Part shown: piece after piece, positions 18,814-27,815 of the stretch
How the letters are laid out: each line of letters begins with the position of its first letter
How positions within the stretch are numbered: the first letter of the stretch is position 1
NCBI GenBank assembly: GCA_964596405.1
Contig: CAZQSS010000001.1
Location: 23,020 to 80,933 of the forward strand
Source of the DNA: an uncultured Gammaproteobacteria bacterium
GTDB taxonomy: Bacteria > Patescibacteriota > Patescibacteriia > Magasanikbacterales > UBA10003
Reading direction: 5' to 3'
DNA: 57,914 nucleotides
The notes under the pieces: model-generated
Databases searched by the model: none
Told to the model about the DNA's origin: nothing
What the model saw: the letters and a program-made list of their open reading frames with translations, nothing else
Translations under genes and position numbers: made by a program

Positions 18814-19731
18814 TTATTCTAAAGCAGCGGCGCCGCCGGCAATTTCGGCAATTTCCCGGGTAATCCCCGCTTGGCGCGCTTGGTTGAGGGCAAAAGTCAG
18901 GTCGTCAATCATATCAGAAGCCGCGTCCGAGGCGCTGCGCATGGCTATCATGCGGGCGCTTTGTTCCGAAGCGGAAGATTCCAAAAGCGCCTGGAAAACC
19001 TGGGTTTCCATCAAGCGCGGTAACATAAATTTCAAAATTTCCAGCGGATTCGGTTCAAAAATAAAATCAATCGGTTGAATGTCAGTGCTGGCGTCGATTT
19101 TTCCAGCCGGGCTGTTTTTACCCGCCTCATGAAGCATTCTTTCCAACTCAAACGATGAAACGGGCAGCAACTGCTTGATGGCGGGTTTTTGACTGATGGT
19201 GGAGACAAAGTCTGTATAGATTACCATCACCCGATCGTAATTTTTTTTGACAAATTCTTCGTTGACAATTTGAGCAATCGGTGTGGCTTCCGTCAGGCGC
19301 GGCGTATCCGAAAGATTGGTGAAGCTGGCGATAATTTTAATACCCAGCTTGCGCATCATTTTGTCGCCGGTTTTGCCCACAGTCACAGCTTCGAAAACCG
19401 CGTGTTCCACGGGCGTGTGCACCTGTTCTAAAACTTTTTTGAAAACATTGGTATTAAGGCCGCCGCAAAGACCGCGGTTAGAGGTCATAACCACAAGCAA
19501 AACTTTTTTCACCGGCCTAATCTGCATTAAAGGCAAGCTGTTTAGATTTTTCATTTGCGAAAGACGCTTGAGCATTTCGCGGGCCAAAGTGGCATAAGCG
19601 CGGGTGGAAAGCGCGGCTTTGACCGCCTTGCGCATTTTAGCCGCCGCCACCAATTCCATAGCTTTGGTAATTTTTTTGGTATTACCAATGGACTTGATGC
19701 GGCCTTTGACAATTTTTGTATTTACGGCCAT
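18814..19731 (-). CDS. atpG: F1 ATP synthase gamma subunit
   Basis: 305 aa with the conserved N- and C-terminal helices (ITKAMELVAAAKMRKA, ITREIAEIAGGAAAL). Confidence 0.93.
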   Translation of the reverse strand: MAVNTKIVKGRIKSIGNTKKITKAMELVAAAKMRKAVKAALSTRAYATLAREMLKRLSQMKNLNSLPLMQIRPVKKVLLVVMTSNRGLCGGLNTNVFKKVLEQVHTPVEHAVFEAVTVGKTGDKMMRKLGIKIIASFTNLSDTPRLTEATPIAQIVNEEFVKKNYDRVMVIYTDFVSTISQKPAIKQLLPVSSFELERMLHEAGKNSPAGKIDASTDIQPIDFIFEPNPLEILKFMLPRLMETQVFQALLESSASEQSARMIAMRSASDAASDMIDDLTFALNQARQAGITREIAEIAGGAAALE

Positions 19732-19864
19732 ACCCCGTTAGAAGTTAGACAATTCAAGTTAAATATTTTTTAGTATGATGACAGTTTTTTATGTTGCCGC
19801 CGGTTAGTGCCCAAACAAAAAATTTTAGAAAAATTTTTTGTTTTGAGAACTTCTAACGGGGCAT
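19729..19864 (-). repeat. Long-stem intergenic element, family B copy 1 (atpA|atpG spacer)
   Basis: On the sense strand, ATGCCCCGTTAGAAGTT pairs with AACTTCTAACGGGGTAT, and the next G completes the atpG ATG. An inner A/T hairpin reads AAACAAAAAATTTT-TCT-AAAATTTTTTGTTT. Confidence 0.8.
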
Positions 19865-19866
19865 AC

Positions 19867-21399
19867 CTAGGCTTTAAAAACTTCTTCTTTAAAATTCTTA
19901 ATGCTGGTTTTTAGCGATTCTTCAATCTCGGTTGTTAGTTCTTTCTTTTCCTGAATTTCTTTGAGCATGTCGACGGCATTGCGATCCAAAAATTTGTGGA
20001 AAGCGGTTTCCCATTCCCCCACTTTTTCGACTGGCACATCATCCAAATAGCCGTTGGTGGCGGCATAAATAATCGCCACTTGATTTTCTACAGCCATCGG
20101 GGCGTATTGAGGTTGTTTTAAAACTTCTACCAAGCGGCGGCCGCGTTCAATTTGAGCGCGAGTCTGCGGATCCAAATCCGAAGCAAATTGAGCAAAGGCT
20201 TCCAACTCACGAAATTGAGCCAAAGCTAAACGGAGTTTGCCGGCCACTTTTTTCATCGCTTTAATCTGAGCGGCTGAACCCACGCGGGAAACCGACAAGC
20301 CGACGTTTAAGGCCGGACGAATACCGCGATAAAATAAATCTGATTCCAGATAAATTTGGCCGTCGGTAATAGAAATTACGTTAGTCGGAATGTAAGCGGT
20401 GACATCGCCAGATTGGGTTTCAATAATCGGCAAAGCAGTCAGTGATCCGCCGCCGTTTTCTTTGTTGAGTTTACAAGCGCGCTCCAAAAGGCGTGAATGT
20501 AAGTAAAAAACATCGCCCGGGTAAGCTTCACGGCCCGGTGGGCGGCGCAAAAGCAAGGAAACTTCGCGGTAAGCCCAGGCTTGTTTTGATAAATCATCAT
20601 AAACGCAAAGCACGTCTTTACCCTGATCCATAAAATATTCGCCCATGGCGCAACCGGCATAAGGGGCAAGGTATGTAAGCGCGGCCGGCTCTGAAGCGCC
20701 TGACACTACCACAATAGTATAATCCATGGCGCCGGTTTCTTGGAGCTTGGCGATAATTCTGGCCACTTTTGATTCTTTTTGGCCGACTGCCACATAAACG
20801 CAAATCATGTTTTTGCCCTTTTGGTTGATAATGGTATCAATGGCCAAAGCGGTCTTGCCGGTTTGACGGTCGCCAATAATAAGTTCACGCTGACCGCGGC
20901 CGATCGGGACTACGCTGTCAACAGTTTTAATGCCGGTCTGGACCGGCGAATTGACCGATTGACGGGTAATAACGCCCGACGCGATCTTTTCAATCGGATA
21001 GAACTTGCTGGTTTTAATCGGGCCCTTGCCGTCAAGCGGTTCGCCTAAAGGATTAACCACGCGGCCAATCAACTCTTCGGCCACCGGCACGGATAAAATA
21101 CGGCGGGTGCGTTTGACCGTGTCGCCTTCTTTTAGGTGCTGATAGCTGCCCAAAATAATGGCGCCGACCGTATCTTGTTCCAAGTTCAAGGCCACGCCAA
21201 AAGTCGGTTTGGTATCAGCCTTAACTTCGGATGGCACAAATTCCAAAATTTCCGAAGCTTGACAGCGGCTTAAACCGCTCATGCGGGCGATACCGTCGCC
21301 AATTTCAATAATTTTACCGACTTCTTCGGCCTCGGTCTGGCCTTCAAAGGCGGCAATCTGTTTTTTAAGGGATTCTATGATGGTGTTGGCATTGGACAT
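19867..21399 (-). CDS. atpA: F1 ATP synthase alpha subunit
   Basis: 510 aa with Walker A GDRQTGKT and a conserved alpha-subunit sequence. Confidence 0.97.
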   Translation of the reverse strand: MSNANTIIESLKKQIAAFEGQTEAEEVGKIIEIGDGIARMSGLSRCQASEILEFVPSEVKADTKPTFGVALNLEQDTVGAIILGSYQHLKEGDTVKRTRRILSVPVAEELIGRVVNPLGEPLDGKGPIKTSKFYPIEKIASGVITRQSVNSPVQTGIKTVDSVVPIGRGQRELIIGDRQTGKTALAIDTIINQKGKNMICVYVAVGQKESKVARIIAKLQETGAMDYTIVVVSGASEPAALTYLAPYAGCAMGEYFMDQGKDVLCVYDDLSKQAWAYREVSLLLRRPPGREAYPGDVFYLHSRLLERACKLNKENGGGSLTALPIIETQSGDVTAYIPTNVISITDGQIYLESDLFYRGIRPALNVGLSVSRVGSAAQIKAMKKVAGKLRLALAQFRELEAFAQFASDLDPQTRAQIERGRRLVEVLKQPQYAPMAVENQVAIIYAATNGYLDDVPVEKVGEWETAFHKFLDRNAVDMLKEIQEKKELTTEIEESLKTSIKNFKEEVFKA

Positions 21400-21403
21400 A
21401 AAA

Positions 21404-21799
21404 TTATTTTGAGATTAAATCATTTTTTAAATTTTGTAATTGTTTTTTTAAACTTAGATCCCAAACTTTATCCTGAAATTTTAAAATCACACCACCCAAA
21501 ATCGCCGGATCCACCAAATTGGTGGCGATTATTTTTTCTTCGGCGCCGAATTTTTTGATAATTTGTTTTTTAACCGCGGCCGGCAAAACGCTCGCGCTGA
21601 CAATTTCCAGATCTTCTATCCCCTCTTTTTTGTTGGCGTATTTTTCAAACTCAACAATTATTTTTTTGTGCCAGCCGATTTTGTTTTCCCGTTCCAGAAG
21701 TGTAACAAAATTTAAAACCGCCCGGCCGACTTCGGTTTTGGTTTTACCGACAGTGGCCTCAAAAAGCGCGATGGCAAATTGTTTGGGGGTTTTTTTCAT
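21404..21799 (-). CDS. atpH: F1 ATP synthase delta (OSCP) subunit, short form
   Basis: 131 aa lying between atpF and atpA, with a C-terminal ILGGVILKF pattern typical of delta. Confidence 0.75.
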   Translation of the reverse strand: MKKTPKQFAIALFEATVGKTKTEVGRAVLNFVTLLERENKIGWHKKIIVEFEKYANKKEGIEDLEIVSASVLPAAVKKQIIKKFGAEEKIIATNLVDPAILGGVILKFQDKVWDLSLKKQLQNLKNDLISK

Positions 21800-21848
21800 A
21801 GAACACAGATAGCACAGATTTTATTACAAATTTTACAGATCACAGATT
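21797..21848 (-). repeat. TCTGTG-repeat stop-to-start spacer module, copy 1 (atpF|atpH)
   Basis: The sense strand reads AATCTGTGATCTGTAAAATTTGTAATAAAATCTGTGCTATCTGTGTTCTATG. It spans the atpF TGA to the atpH ATG and is near-identical to the module at 40614-40662. Confidence 0.8.
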
Positions 21849-22391
21849 TTTGACAGCCTCTTCAATCAGTTTTTTATCTTTTTCCGAGGTGATCTTTTCA
21901 CCAATAATTTTTTGAGTGGCCTCAATCACCAATTCAACAGTTTGTTTTCTAACTTCAGTAAACATTTTATTCTTCTCTTCCTCAATAATTTTTTTGGTTT
22001 CCGCTAAAACCTTCTCGGCCTGGCGCTTGGCATTCTGAGTCGCCTCTTCTTTTAATTCGGCGGCCTGTTTTTCTACTTTAGACAACAACAACTCGGATTC
22101 AGCCCGGGCTTTGGCTATCAGCGCCCTTTTTTCCGTTTCCGCTTCTTCCAGTTGTTTGGTAGCGCGTTCGGCATTGCTGATGCTCTCGTCAATCAGTTTT
22201 TGTCTTTCTGCCAGCTTTTTCGTCAACGGCTTGAGGATTAAAAACCACAAAATGACCGCCACAATGGCGAAATTGATCAGTTGAAAAATAAATAACGGCA
22301 AATTAATGCCCAGCGAGGCCAATAAGCCCTCGGATACCTGTTCTGTGGCTTCGGCCGCTTCTTCGGCGGCGTAAACGGTTTCGATAAACAT
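21840..22391 (-). CDS. atpF: Fo ATP synthase b subunit
   Basis: 183 aa with one N-terminal TM helix followed by a long charged helix. Confidence 0.8.
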   Translation of the reverse strand: MFIETVYAAEEAAEATEQVSEGLLASLGINLPLFIFQLINFAIVAVILWFLILKPLTKKLAERQKLIDESISNAERATKQLEEAETEKRALIAKARAESELLLSKVEKQAAELKEEATQNAKRQAEKVLAETKKIIEEEKNKMFTEVRKQTVELVIEATQKIIGEKITSEKDKKLIEEAVKNL

Positions 22392-22397
22392 AATTTT

Positions 22398-22455
22398 GCT
22401 TCAAAGCTATAAAGCCATAAGCCTTAAAGCTTTAGAGCTCTACGGCTTTACAGCC
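22398..22455 (-). repeat. Imperfect 8-nt tandem repeat (about 7 units) in the atpE|atpF spacer
   Basis: The sense strand reads CTGTAAAGC CGTAGAGC TCTAAAGC TTTAAGGC TTATGGC TTTATAGC TTTGAAGC, just upstream of the atpF ATG. Confidence 0.7.
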
Positions 22456-22481
22456 CTTATTAATTTAAATAATTCCACTGA

Positions 22482-22510
22482 GCCAGACCATCTAAACAAA
22501 ATGATCTGGC
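22482..22510 (-). other. Intercistronic hairpin just after atpE
   Basis: The sense strand reads GCCAGATCAT-TTTGTTT-AGATGGTCTGGC, with one G-U pair and no T-run. Confidence 0.55.
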
Positions 22511-22518
22511 CGATTGAA

Positions 22519-22740
22519 TTACTTGAGGGTGAAAACGACCACCAGCGCGTAAATAGCGATAGCTTCGGCAAAGGCGGCGCCCAAAAGCATTGGGACGAAG
22601 ACCTTACCCGCGGCTTCCGGGTTGCGGCCGATTGATTCCAAAGCTTTGGCAACCAATCTGCCGATAGCGAGCGCCGGGCCCATGCCACCGATAGCGATGG
22701 CGAAAGCTTTGGCGAGCACGACGATTGAAGCGTGTTCCAT
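22519..22740 (-). CDS. atpE: Fo ATP synthase c subunit
   Basis: 73 aa counted from the ATG at 22740; the ORF extends to a GTG at 22761. Two TM helices, an RNPE loop, and the essential carboxylate in AFAEAIAIY. Confidence 0.9.
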   Translation of the reverse strand: MEHASIVVLAKAFAIAIGGMGPALAIGRLVAKALESIGRNPEAAGKVFVPMLLGAAFAEAIAIYALVVVFTLK

Positions 22741-22820
22741 ATTTTTTGACCTTTCTGACACTTACCGGTCGAGGGGAAAAATAATTTTTAACCTCGCCCT
22801 GAGCGTCTTAATTAAATTTT

Positions 22821-23597
22821 TTAATGTGATTCTTCACCGTGCGGTTGGGCGGTGGCCATGGTCAAATAAACCAGCGTCAACATGGCAAAAACGCTGGCCT
22901 GAATCAAGCCCACCAGCACCTCCAACATCATAAACGGCGTGGGCACAAAAAGCGCCACCAAGCTGGTCATCACGGTCATCAAAACTTCACCGGCAAAGAT
23001 GTTGCCAAAAAGACGAAAAGAAAGTGAAAGCACTTTAGCCGCTTCGCTGATGATTTCAATAACACCCACCACCATTTCAACCGCGGCGGTAAAAATTGCG
23101 ATCGGGCCGTGCCGCAAACTCTTGATCAACGTGCCGATTTGAATGAACTTGTTTAAATGAGTCAGAATGCCCACTGTCATTAAGCCATAAACATGCGAGG
23201 CCACAACAGCCGTTAAAGCCATAGCCACAGTTAAATTGAGGTCGGTATTGGCCGGTCTCAAGATAAAAACATGACCCAATTTGACGCTGCCGGTGCCCGG
23301 AATCAAACCCAACCAATTAGAAAGAAGAATAAAAAAGAAGACCGAACCTACCAGCGGCAAAAAGCGCAAAGTATTTTTTCGGTCTCCGGTCACTTGGTCA
23401 AAATATTCCAAGAGAGTTTCAATAATAAATTCAAAAAAGTTTTGGAGCTTCCCCGGCCGCAACGACAACCTTCTTTTGATCAAGATGCCAATAATCAAAA
23501 AAATAATTATCGCTATCCAAGCATTTACAATCGTATTGGTAACCGGAATGTTTAGAATGTAGAAAAGTATTTCTGGCGCCAGGGTGGGAATATGCAT
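22821..23597 (-). CDS. atpB: Fo ATP synthase a subunit
   Basis: 258 aa counted from the ATG at 23597, with the conserved Arg motif LSFRLFGNIFAGE. The longer GTG-started ORF runs into repeat element A2. Confidence 0.9.
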   Translation of the reverse strand: MHIPTLAPEILFYILNIPVTNTIVNAWIAIIIFLIIGILIKRRLSLRPGKLQNFFEFIIETLLEYFDQVTGDRKNTLRFLPLVGSVFFFILLSNWLGLIPGTGSVKLGHVFILRPANTDLNLTVAMALTAVVASHVYGLMTVGILTHLNKFIQIGTLIKSLRHGPIAIFTAAVEMVVGVIEIISEAAKVLSLSFRLFGNIFAGEVLMTVMTSLVALFVPTPFMMLEVLVGLIQASVFAMLTLVYLTMATAQPHGEESH

Positions 23598-23742
23598 ACC
23601 CAGTATATCAACCCCGCATGATTTTATCACTTGGGGATTTTATTGTATTTAATTATTTTCTAAATTTGGCTTAGTGGTCTAATAAATTGCCCTTCTCACG
23701 TGTTTCGCGAAGCGAAACTTGCGGGGTTGTATTACTGGGCAT
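23595..23742 (-). repeat. Long-stem intergenic element, family A copy 2 (atpI-like|atpB spacer)
   Basis: Same arms as copy 1 with an inner hairpin GTTTCGCTTCGCGAAAC. The 3-prime arm ends on the atpB ATG. Confidence 0.85.
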
Positions 23743-23750
23743 AGTTTAAC

Positions 23751-24005
23751 TTACTTCATTTTTTGGTATGCGTCTCCGTATCTTTTAGCTTTTCGATAAA
23801 TTATCACACCCGACAAAATGGCGGCCACCACAAATCCCAGGATCAAAAACCAAGGCCGGGTTTGATATTTTTCATCCAATGACTGACCGATGAGAGCAAA
23901 AACAACCACCGGAGCGGCAATATTGACGCCAAAATCGCCTACGATTCTCAAAGCGAATAAATAGTACTCACGATCGTTCTTTTTTGTCGGTTTTAAGTTA
24001 TCCAC
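23751..24005 (-). CDS. Small two-TM protein, AtpI/AtpZ-like by position
   Basis: 84 aa with a GTG start, lying first in the atp operon. Two TM helices, which is the typical architecture of ATP synthase protein I. Confidence 0.5.
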   Translation of the reverse strand: MDNLKPTKKNDREYYLFALRIVGDFGVNIAAPVVVFALIGQSLDEKYQTRPWFLILGFVVAAILSGVIIYRKAKRYGDAYQKMK

Positions 24006-24051
24006 AGGTTTTAATAATTATAGCCAGTTCTAGCGTAAATGTCAATGTTTA

Positions 24052-24915
24052 TTAAAGTTTGATTTTTTTGAATAAATCTAAAGTGTTTTTTACTGTCTGT
24101 TGAGCGACTTTTTCTACTGTTTCGCCTTTAATTTCGGCGATTTTTTCCACAACATATCTGACATAAGCCGGCTCATTGCGCTTGCCTCTAAACGGCGGCG
24201 GCGCTAAATAGGGGGCGTCAGTTTCCACCAAAAGACTGTCCAAGGGCGTATTTTTGGCTACTTCCAATAAATCCAAGGTGGGTTGGGGGTCATTCTTTTT
24301 GGGTGGAAAACAAATAACGCCGGTCAGGCCGATATAAAAGCCCAAATCCAAATAGGCCTTGGCTTCGAGCCAATTGCCGGTAAAACAATGGGCCACTCCC
24401 CGATTTTTTACTTTTCCTTGTTTGATTAATTTTTGTAAAACCGGAATCAAATGAAAATGGGCCGCGCGGCAGTGAATCACCAGCGGTAAATTCATTTCAT
24501 CCGCCAGCTCAACTTGTTTATAAAAAGCCTCTTCTTGGATTTTTTTCACATCTTCTAAAGAATGATTGAGTGGCAGATGGTAAAAATCCAAACCACACTC
24601 CCCTATACCCACCACTTCCGGCTCCTGGGCCAATTTTTTATAAAATTCAAAATCAAATTTTTCTTCGCGGGTTTTAAAAATAATTTCTTCTTCATCAACT
24701 TCTTGCTCAGTCAAGTGGACTGGATGTAAACCAATCACCGCCCAAATTTTCTTGGGATATTTTTTAGCATACTCTACCGCCCGCCGACTCGTGGAATTTT
24801 GCGAGCCCACGGCAATCATAAAAGTTTCGGCCGCAATCGCCCGCCCAATCACCTCATCGGCGTCATCTTTATAAGCGTTGAATTGGATATGACAGTGAGA
24901 ATCAATTAGTTTCAT
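24052..24915 (-). CDS. tatD: TatD family metal-dependent hydrolase
   Basis: 287 aa with DSHCH at the N-terminus, then IGECGLD, HCR and ETDAPY motifs. Confidence 0.9.
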   Translation of the reverse strand: MKLIDSHCHIQFNAYKDDADEVIGRAIAAETFMIAVGSQNSTSRRAVEYAKKYPKKIWAVIGLHPVHLTEQEVDEEEIIFKTREEKFDFEFYKKLAQEPEVVGIGECGLDFYHLPLNHSLEDVKKIQEEAFYKQVELADEMNLPLVIHCRAAHFHLIPVLQKLIKQGKVKNRGVAHCFTGNWLEAKAYLDLGFYIGLTGVICFPPKKNDPQPTLDLLEVAKNTPLDSLLVETDAPYLAPPPFRGKRNEPAYVRYVVEKIAEIKGETVEKVAQQTVKNTLDLFKKIKL

Positions 24916-24922
24916 AAGGATA

Positions 24923-24950
24923 TAAAAAGCGCTATCATTATAGCGCTTTC
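24923..24950 (-). terminator. Stem-loop plus T-run closing the four-gene operon
   Basis: The minus strand reads AAGCGCTAT-AATG-ATAGCGCTTTTTATA, 32 nt after the stop at 24982. Confidence 0.65.
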
Positions 24951-24981
24951 TTTAGAAGATGTAAATGCCCTCTCAACACGC

Positions 24982-25815
24982 CTAAAGTGTTGTAATTGGT
25001 CTTGATTGAACTATGTAAAATTTGCCATCAACAAATGCCCATTCTATGTCTTGTGGCGTACCATAATGTTCTTCGATTTTTATCACCAGTCTCGCCAAAT
25101 CTTGAAGTTTGTCGTCGTCTAAAACCGGCGCATTTTTTAACGTTTCGGCAACGGGCATTTCAACTGTTTTGCCTTTGTGATAAATTAACATTACTTTTTG
25201 CTCTGAGATATTTTTTAAAGTAATTTCCAGTGTTGTTTTGTTAACGACAAAATTATTCGGTGTTATCATCCCCTGCACTATCAATTCACCCAACCCTCTG
25301 CCCGCCTCAATCATAATCTCATCTGTATTTTTGGTAAGTGGGTTGACTGAAAACGCTATGCCGGAAGCTTCGCTGTCTACCATGGTTTGAACAACAACCG
25401 CAACTAACAATTTGTTGATTGAAATATTTTGACCTTCGGCATACTCTAGTGCCCGCTGAGACTGTGCTGAATTCCAACACATTTCTATGCTTTCTAATAG
25501 CTTGTCCCTCGTTATATTAAGGTAACTTTCAAGTTGGCCCGCCCAAGAAAATGAAGGCGAATCTTCGACGGTGGCCGAAGAACGAACAGCCACTCTTTCT
25601 ACTCCAAGTTCATCAAAAAATTTAAAAATTTCTTGCTGAAATTCCTCTACCTTTTTTATACCGCTGCGAATTTCTTTATGAACGTCCGTTGTAATTACAA
25701 AACCGGAAGGTACCGGGATACCCGCTTGAAACATTTCGCCTAGAGAAGCGCCCTTCCCGCCGGCCAATAAAACATCATTTTTATTTAGTTGATTGAAGTG
25801 GAGCAGGTTTGCCAT
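24982..25815 (-). CDS. Stand-alone PPDK_N-type ATP-grasp (PEP/pyruvate-binding) domain protein
   Basis: 277 aa counted from the ATG at 25815, with LLAGGKGASLGEM, VAVRSSATVEDS, GIAFSVNP and DIEWAF..YIVQSRPIT motifs. No swivel or PEP-binding domain follows. Confidence 0.8.
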   Translation of the reverse strand: MANLLHFNQLNKNDVLLAGGKGASLGEMFQAGIPVPSGFVITTDVHKEIRSGIKKVEEFQQEIFKFFDELGVERVAVRSSATVEDSPSFSWAGQLESYLNITRDKLLESIEMCWNSAQSQRALEYAEGQNISINKLLVAVVVQTMVDSEASGIAFSVNPLTKNTDEIMIEAGRGLGELIVQGMITPNNFVVNKTTLEITLKNISEQKVMLIYHKGKTVEMPVAETLKNAPVLDDDKLQDLARLVIKIEEHYGTPQDIEWAFVDGKFYIVQSRPITTL

Positions 25816-26692
25816 GTGCGATAAAATTAACCTTATAATCTTTATCTTCAATAGTGGTTTTTGCTTCACCTTTGGCGTTGATGGAAATTCCGATTCCGGC
25901 GTTGTATCCCGCGTTAAAGGCTTCCTCGGGAACACCTAAAACTCTTTGGACGTATGGTTCTAAAGAATCTCCGTGAGCTATTATCCACGACACCAACTTC
26001 CGGCCAGGATGCTTTTTGTGATATGCGCTGGCAAAACGAGCCACAACAGTGATAAATTTGTTCATTCTATCTGCTATTTCCACCGGTCCCTCAGCGCCAT
26101 ACTGTTCTCTTTTTTCTTTATGAGTGTCTAAATTAAAATTTTTCCAAAAATCAGGTCCTTGTCCTTTGTATTCCTTACGTAAAAAATCAGCAAATTCAGG
26201 AACTTGAAACATTAAAGCCTCACCCAGTCTTTTTTCCGGTCGTGACACTCCACCCCTAAATATCGATTTGCCACTTTCTCTTTGAAGCGTGTTGAGTAAT
26301 TGATTGTCCGGTAACCCCTTTTCTTTTAAATAATTTTTGATTTCTTCGGCCACAATTTCGCTGGTTTCTCTTGCTCTCTGGCCAAATTTTTCGTTATCCA
26401 ACCAATACGTCGGACTATTTATTAAAAGGAAATCTGTTTTTTCCGGCTGATTTTCCATAACAACACCGAGTCTCTTCCGAGTTATTTTTTTTACATCTTC
26501 TTTGCCCTCGGGTGTTAATCTGCCCAGACTTTTAATTTCTTCTTCGGTTGGATTTTTTGAATCCACGGGGCGCTTGGTGTCATAAGCACCGTGCCTCTGA
26601 AGAATTAAAATAGTATCCCAGTCAGTCCGAGGAATTTCAGGTGCGATTAACGTTTCTGGTTTTTTATAATCCGCCGTTCCTTCTTTAAGCAT
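25781..26692 (-). CDS. Histidine-phosphatase-superfamily-like protein
   Basis: 303 aa with an RHG motif (ILILQRHGAY), LTPEG, SP..RARET and a second His in IIAHGDS. Confidence 0.55.
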   Translation of the reverse strand: MLKEGTADYKKPETLIAPEIPRTDWDTILILQRHGAYDTKRPVDSKNPTEEEIKSLGRLTPEGKEDVKKITRKRLGVVMENQPEKTDFLLINSPTYWLDNEKFGQRARETSEIVAEEIKNYLKEKGLPDNQLLNTLQRESGKSIFRGGVSRPEKRLGEALMFQVPEFADFLRKEYKGQGPDFWKNFNLDTHKEKREQYGAEGPVEIADRMNKFITVVARFASAYHKKHPGRKLVSWIIAHGDSLEPYVQRVLGVPEEAFNAGYNAGIGISINAKGEAKTTIEDKDYKVNFIAHGKPAPLQSTK

Positions 26693-26702
26693 ATTCTTTT
26701 AG

Positions 26703-27815
26703 TTAAAGAGTTTTTAAATCAAACGGGGCTAAATCCGGCGTCATTACTTTGGTTTTAAGATCAGGCGGCAGGTACCAGACTAAAAGTTTAAACATTGCCG
26801 AGTGGCCGGTTGGTACTGGTTTTATACTTGTGGTTTTTAATAAAATTTTTTTTACTTTATCGTGGAGTCCGAACCACAACGGAAGAAGAAAACGATCAAT
26901 ATCGCCCATAATATCTTTAAACATGGCAAAATTTCTCGATTGCTGATAGGCTACTTCAAAAAGCGTGTAATCGTCCGCGTCTAATTTTTCTTTGGCCTGC
27001 CGTAATAAAATATTGATTTGTTGCTTCATTGAATCGTGTCTTTCTGCCAACATTTTGTTTTCTTCACGAAATTCAACAGCATGGGTAAGCATGTTATATA
27101 CTGGGTGTTGTGAACCACGCATTTTGGCTTGCGCAAAAGGTATGGCCAGCACTTCTTTAAGTGTGGTTGCGTTTTTTGATGTATCTTTAGAGATTACTTC
27201 CAATAATCGATCCCAAATTGAATTTATTTTTTGAGTATTTTTTGACGAATGTTGATCAATCAAATCAATCGCTTCATTAAGTAGCAGCTTAGTTTTTTTG
27301 TTTTCTTCAAGCAATTTTACAAAATTAACTCCACCCAAAGCCTGTTGTAGATATAAGTCCGCGTAGTCACTTTGAAGCATGTCTCGTTGAATTTTAACAA
27401 CCTTATCTTCATACTCTTCCACTTCTTCCCCGACATCAACAAACTTGTGTATTAAATCTTTGAGACTGTTAACATAAAATTCATGTATCGGGCCATCTGG
27501 AAAAAGATAGTTGACAATCCAAAAACGATAGCAAGTTAATTTATGAAATCTTTGATCAATTTCAACGAGAAATGCTAGGTCATCTTGATCCCCTTTTTCA
27601 TAATCATTCTTGATTTTTTCGAAACCTTCAAACAACTCATCGCGCGCCCAAAAACCATACTTTTCGTAAGCCTTGGGATCTCCGGCTATTTTAGGCGCTA
27701 TTTCTTCATAATAATCCACAATCGCCGGAAATTTTTCAGGATAAAACAACATGAACGATTCCAAATCGTTAGGTAAAGTTTGGGGAAATTTTAGCAAATG
27801 TTTATCAATCTTCAT
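26703..27815 (-). CDS. Hypothetical protein (about 370 aa, predicted largely helical)
   Basis: ORF with an ATG at 27815 that overlaps the upstream stop by 11 nt. I recognise no motif. Confidence 0.5.
   Translation of the reverse strand: MKIDKHLLKFPQTLPNDLESFMLFYPEKFPAIVDYYEEIAPKIAGDPKAYEKYGFWARDELFEGFEKIKNDYEKGDQDDLAFLVEIDQRFHKLTCYRFWIVNYLFPDGPIHEFYVNSLKDLIHKFVDVGEEVEEYEDKVVKIQRDMLQSDYADLYLQQALGGVNFVKLLEENKKTKLLLNEAIDLIDQHSSKNTQKINSIWDRLLEVISKDTSKNATTLKEVLAIPFAQAKMRGSQHPVYNMLTHAVEFREENKMLAERHDSMKQQINILLRQAKEKLDADDYTLFEVAYQQSRNFAMFKDIMGDIDRFLLPLWFGLHDKVKKILLKTTSIKPVPTGHSAMFKLLVWYLPPDLKTKVMTPDLAPFDLKTL

Noticed and set aside
19729-19864. The long imperfect inverted repeats between genes could be integron attC sites or MITEs.
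   Set aside because: No integrase or attI is present. The elements sit inside the essential atp operon rather than between cassettes. The arm ends do not fit the RYYYAAC/GTTRRRY pattern. Strand-specific G-U pairs and compensatory changes favour an RNA element. A MITE origin cannot be fully excluded.
20779-21048. Antisense and alternative-frame ORFs inside atpA, atpD and atpG, for example 20779-21048, 18471-18710 and 19283-19597.
   Set aside because: They lie entirely within strongly conserved ATP synthase genes on the opposite strand or in another frame. They have no motifs or ribosome-binding sites and are typical shadow ORFs.
25816-25935. A 40-residue N-terminal extension of the PPDK_N gene, giving an ORF of 24982-25935.
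   Set aside because: It starts at a GTG and would overlap the upstream gene by 155 nt. The ATG at 25815 gives the usual distance to the GGKGASLGEM motif.
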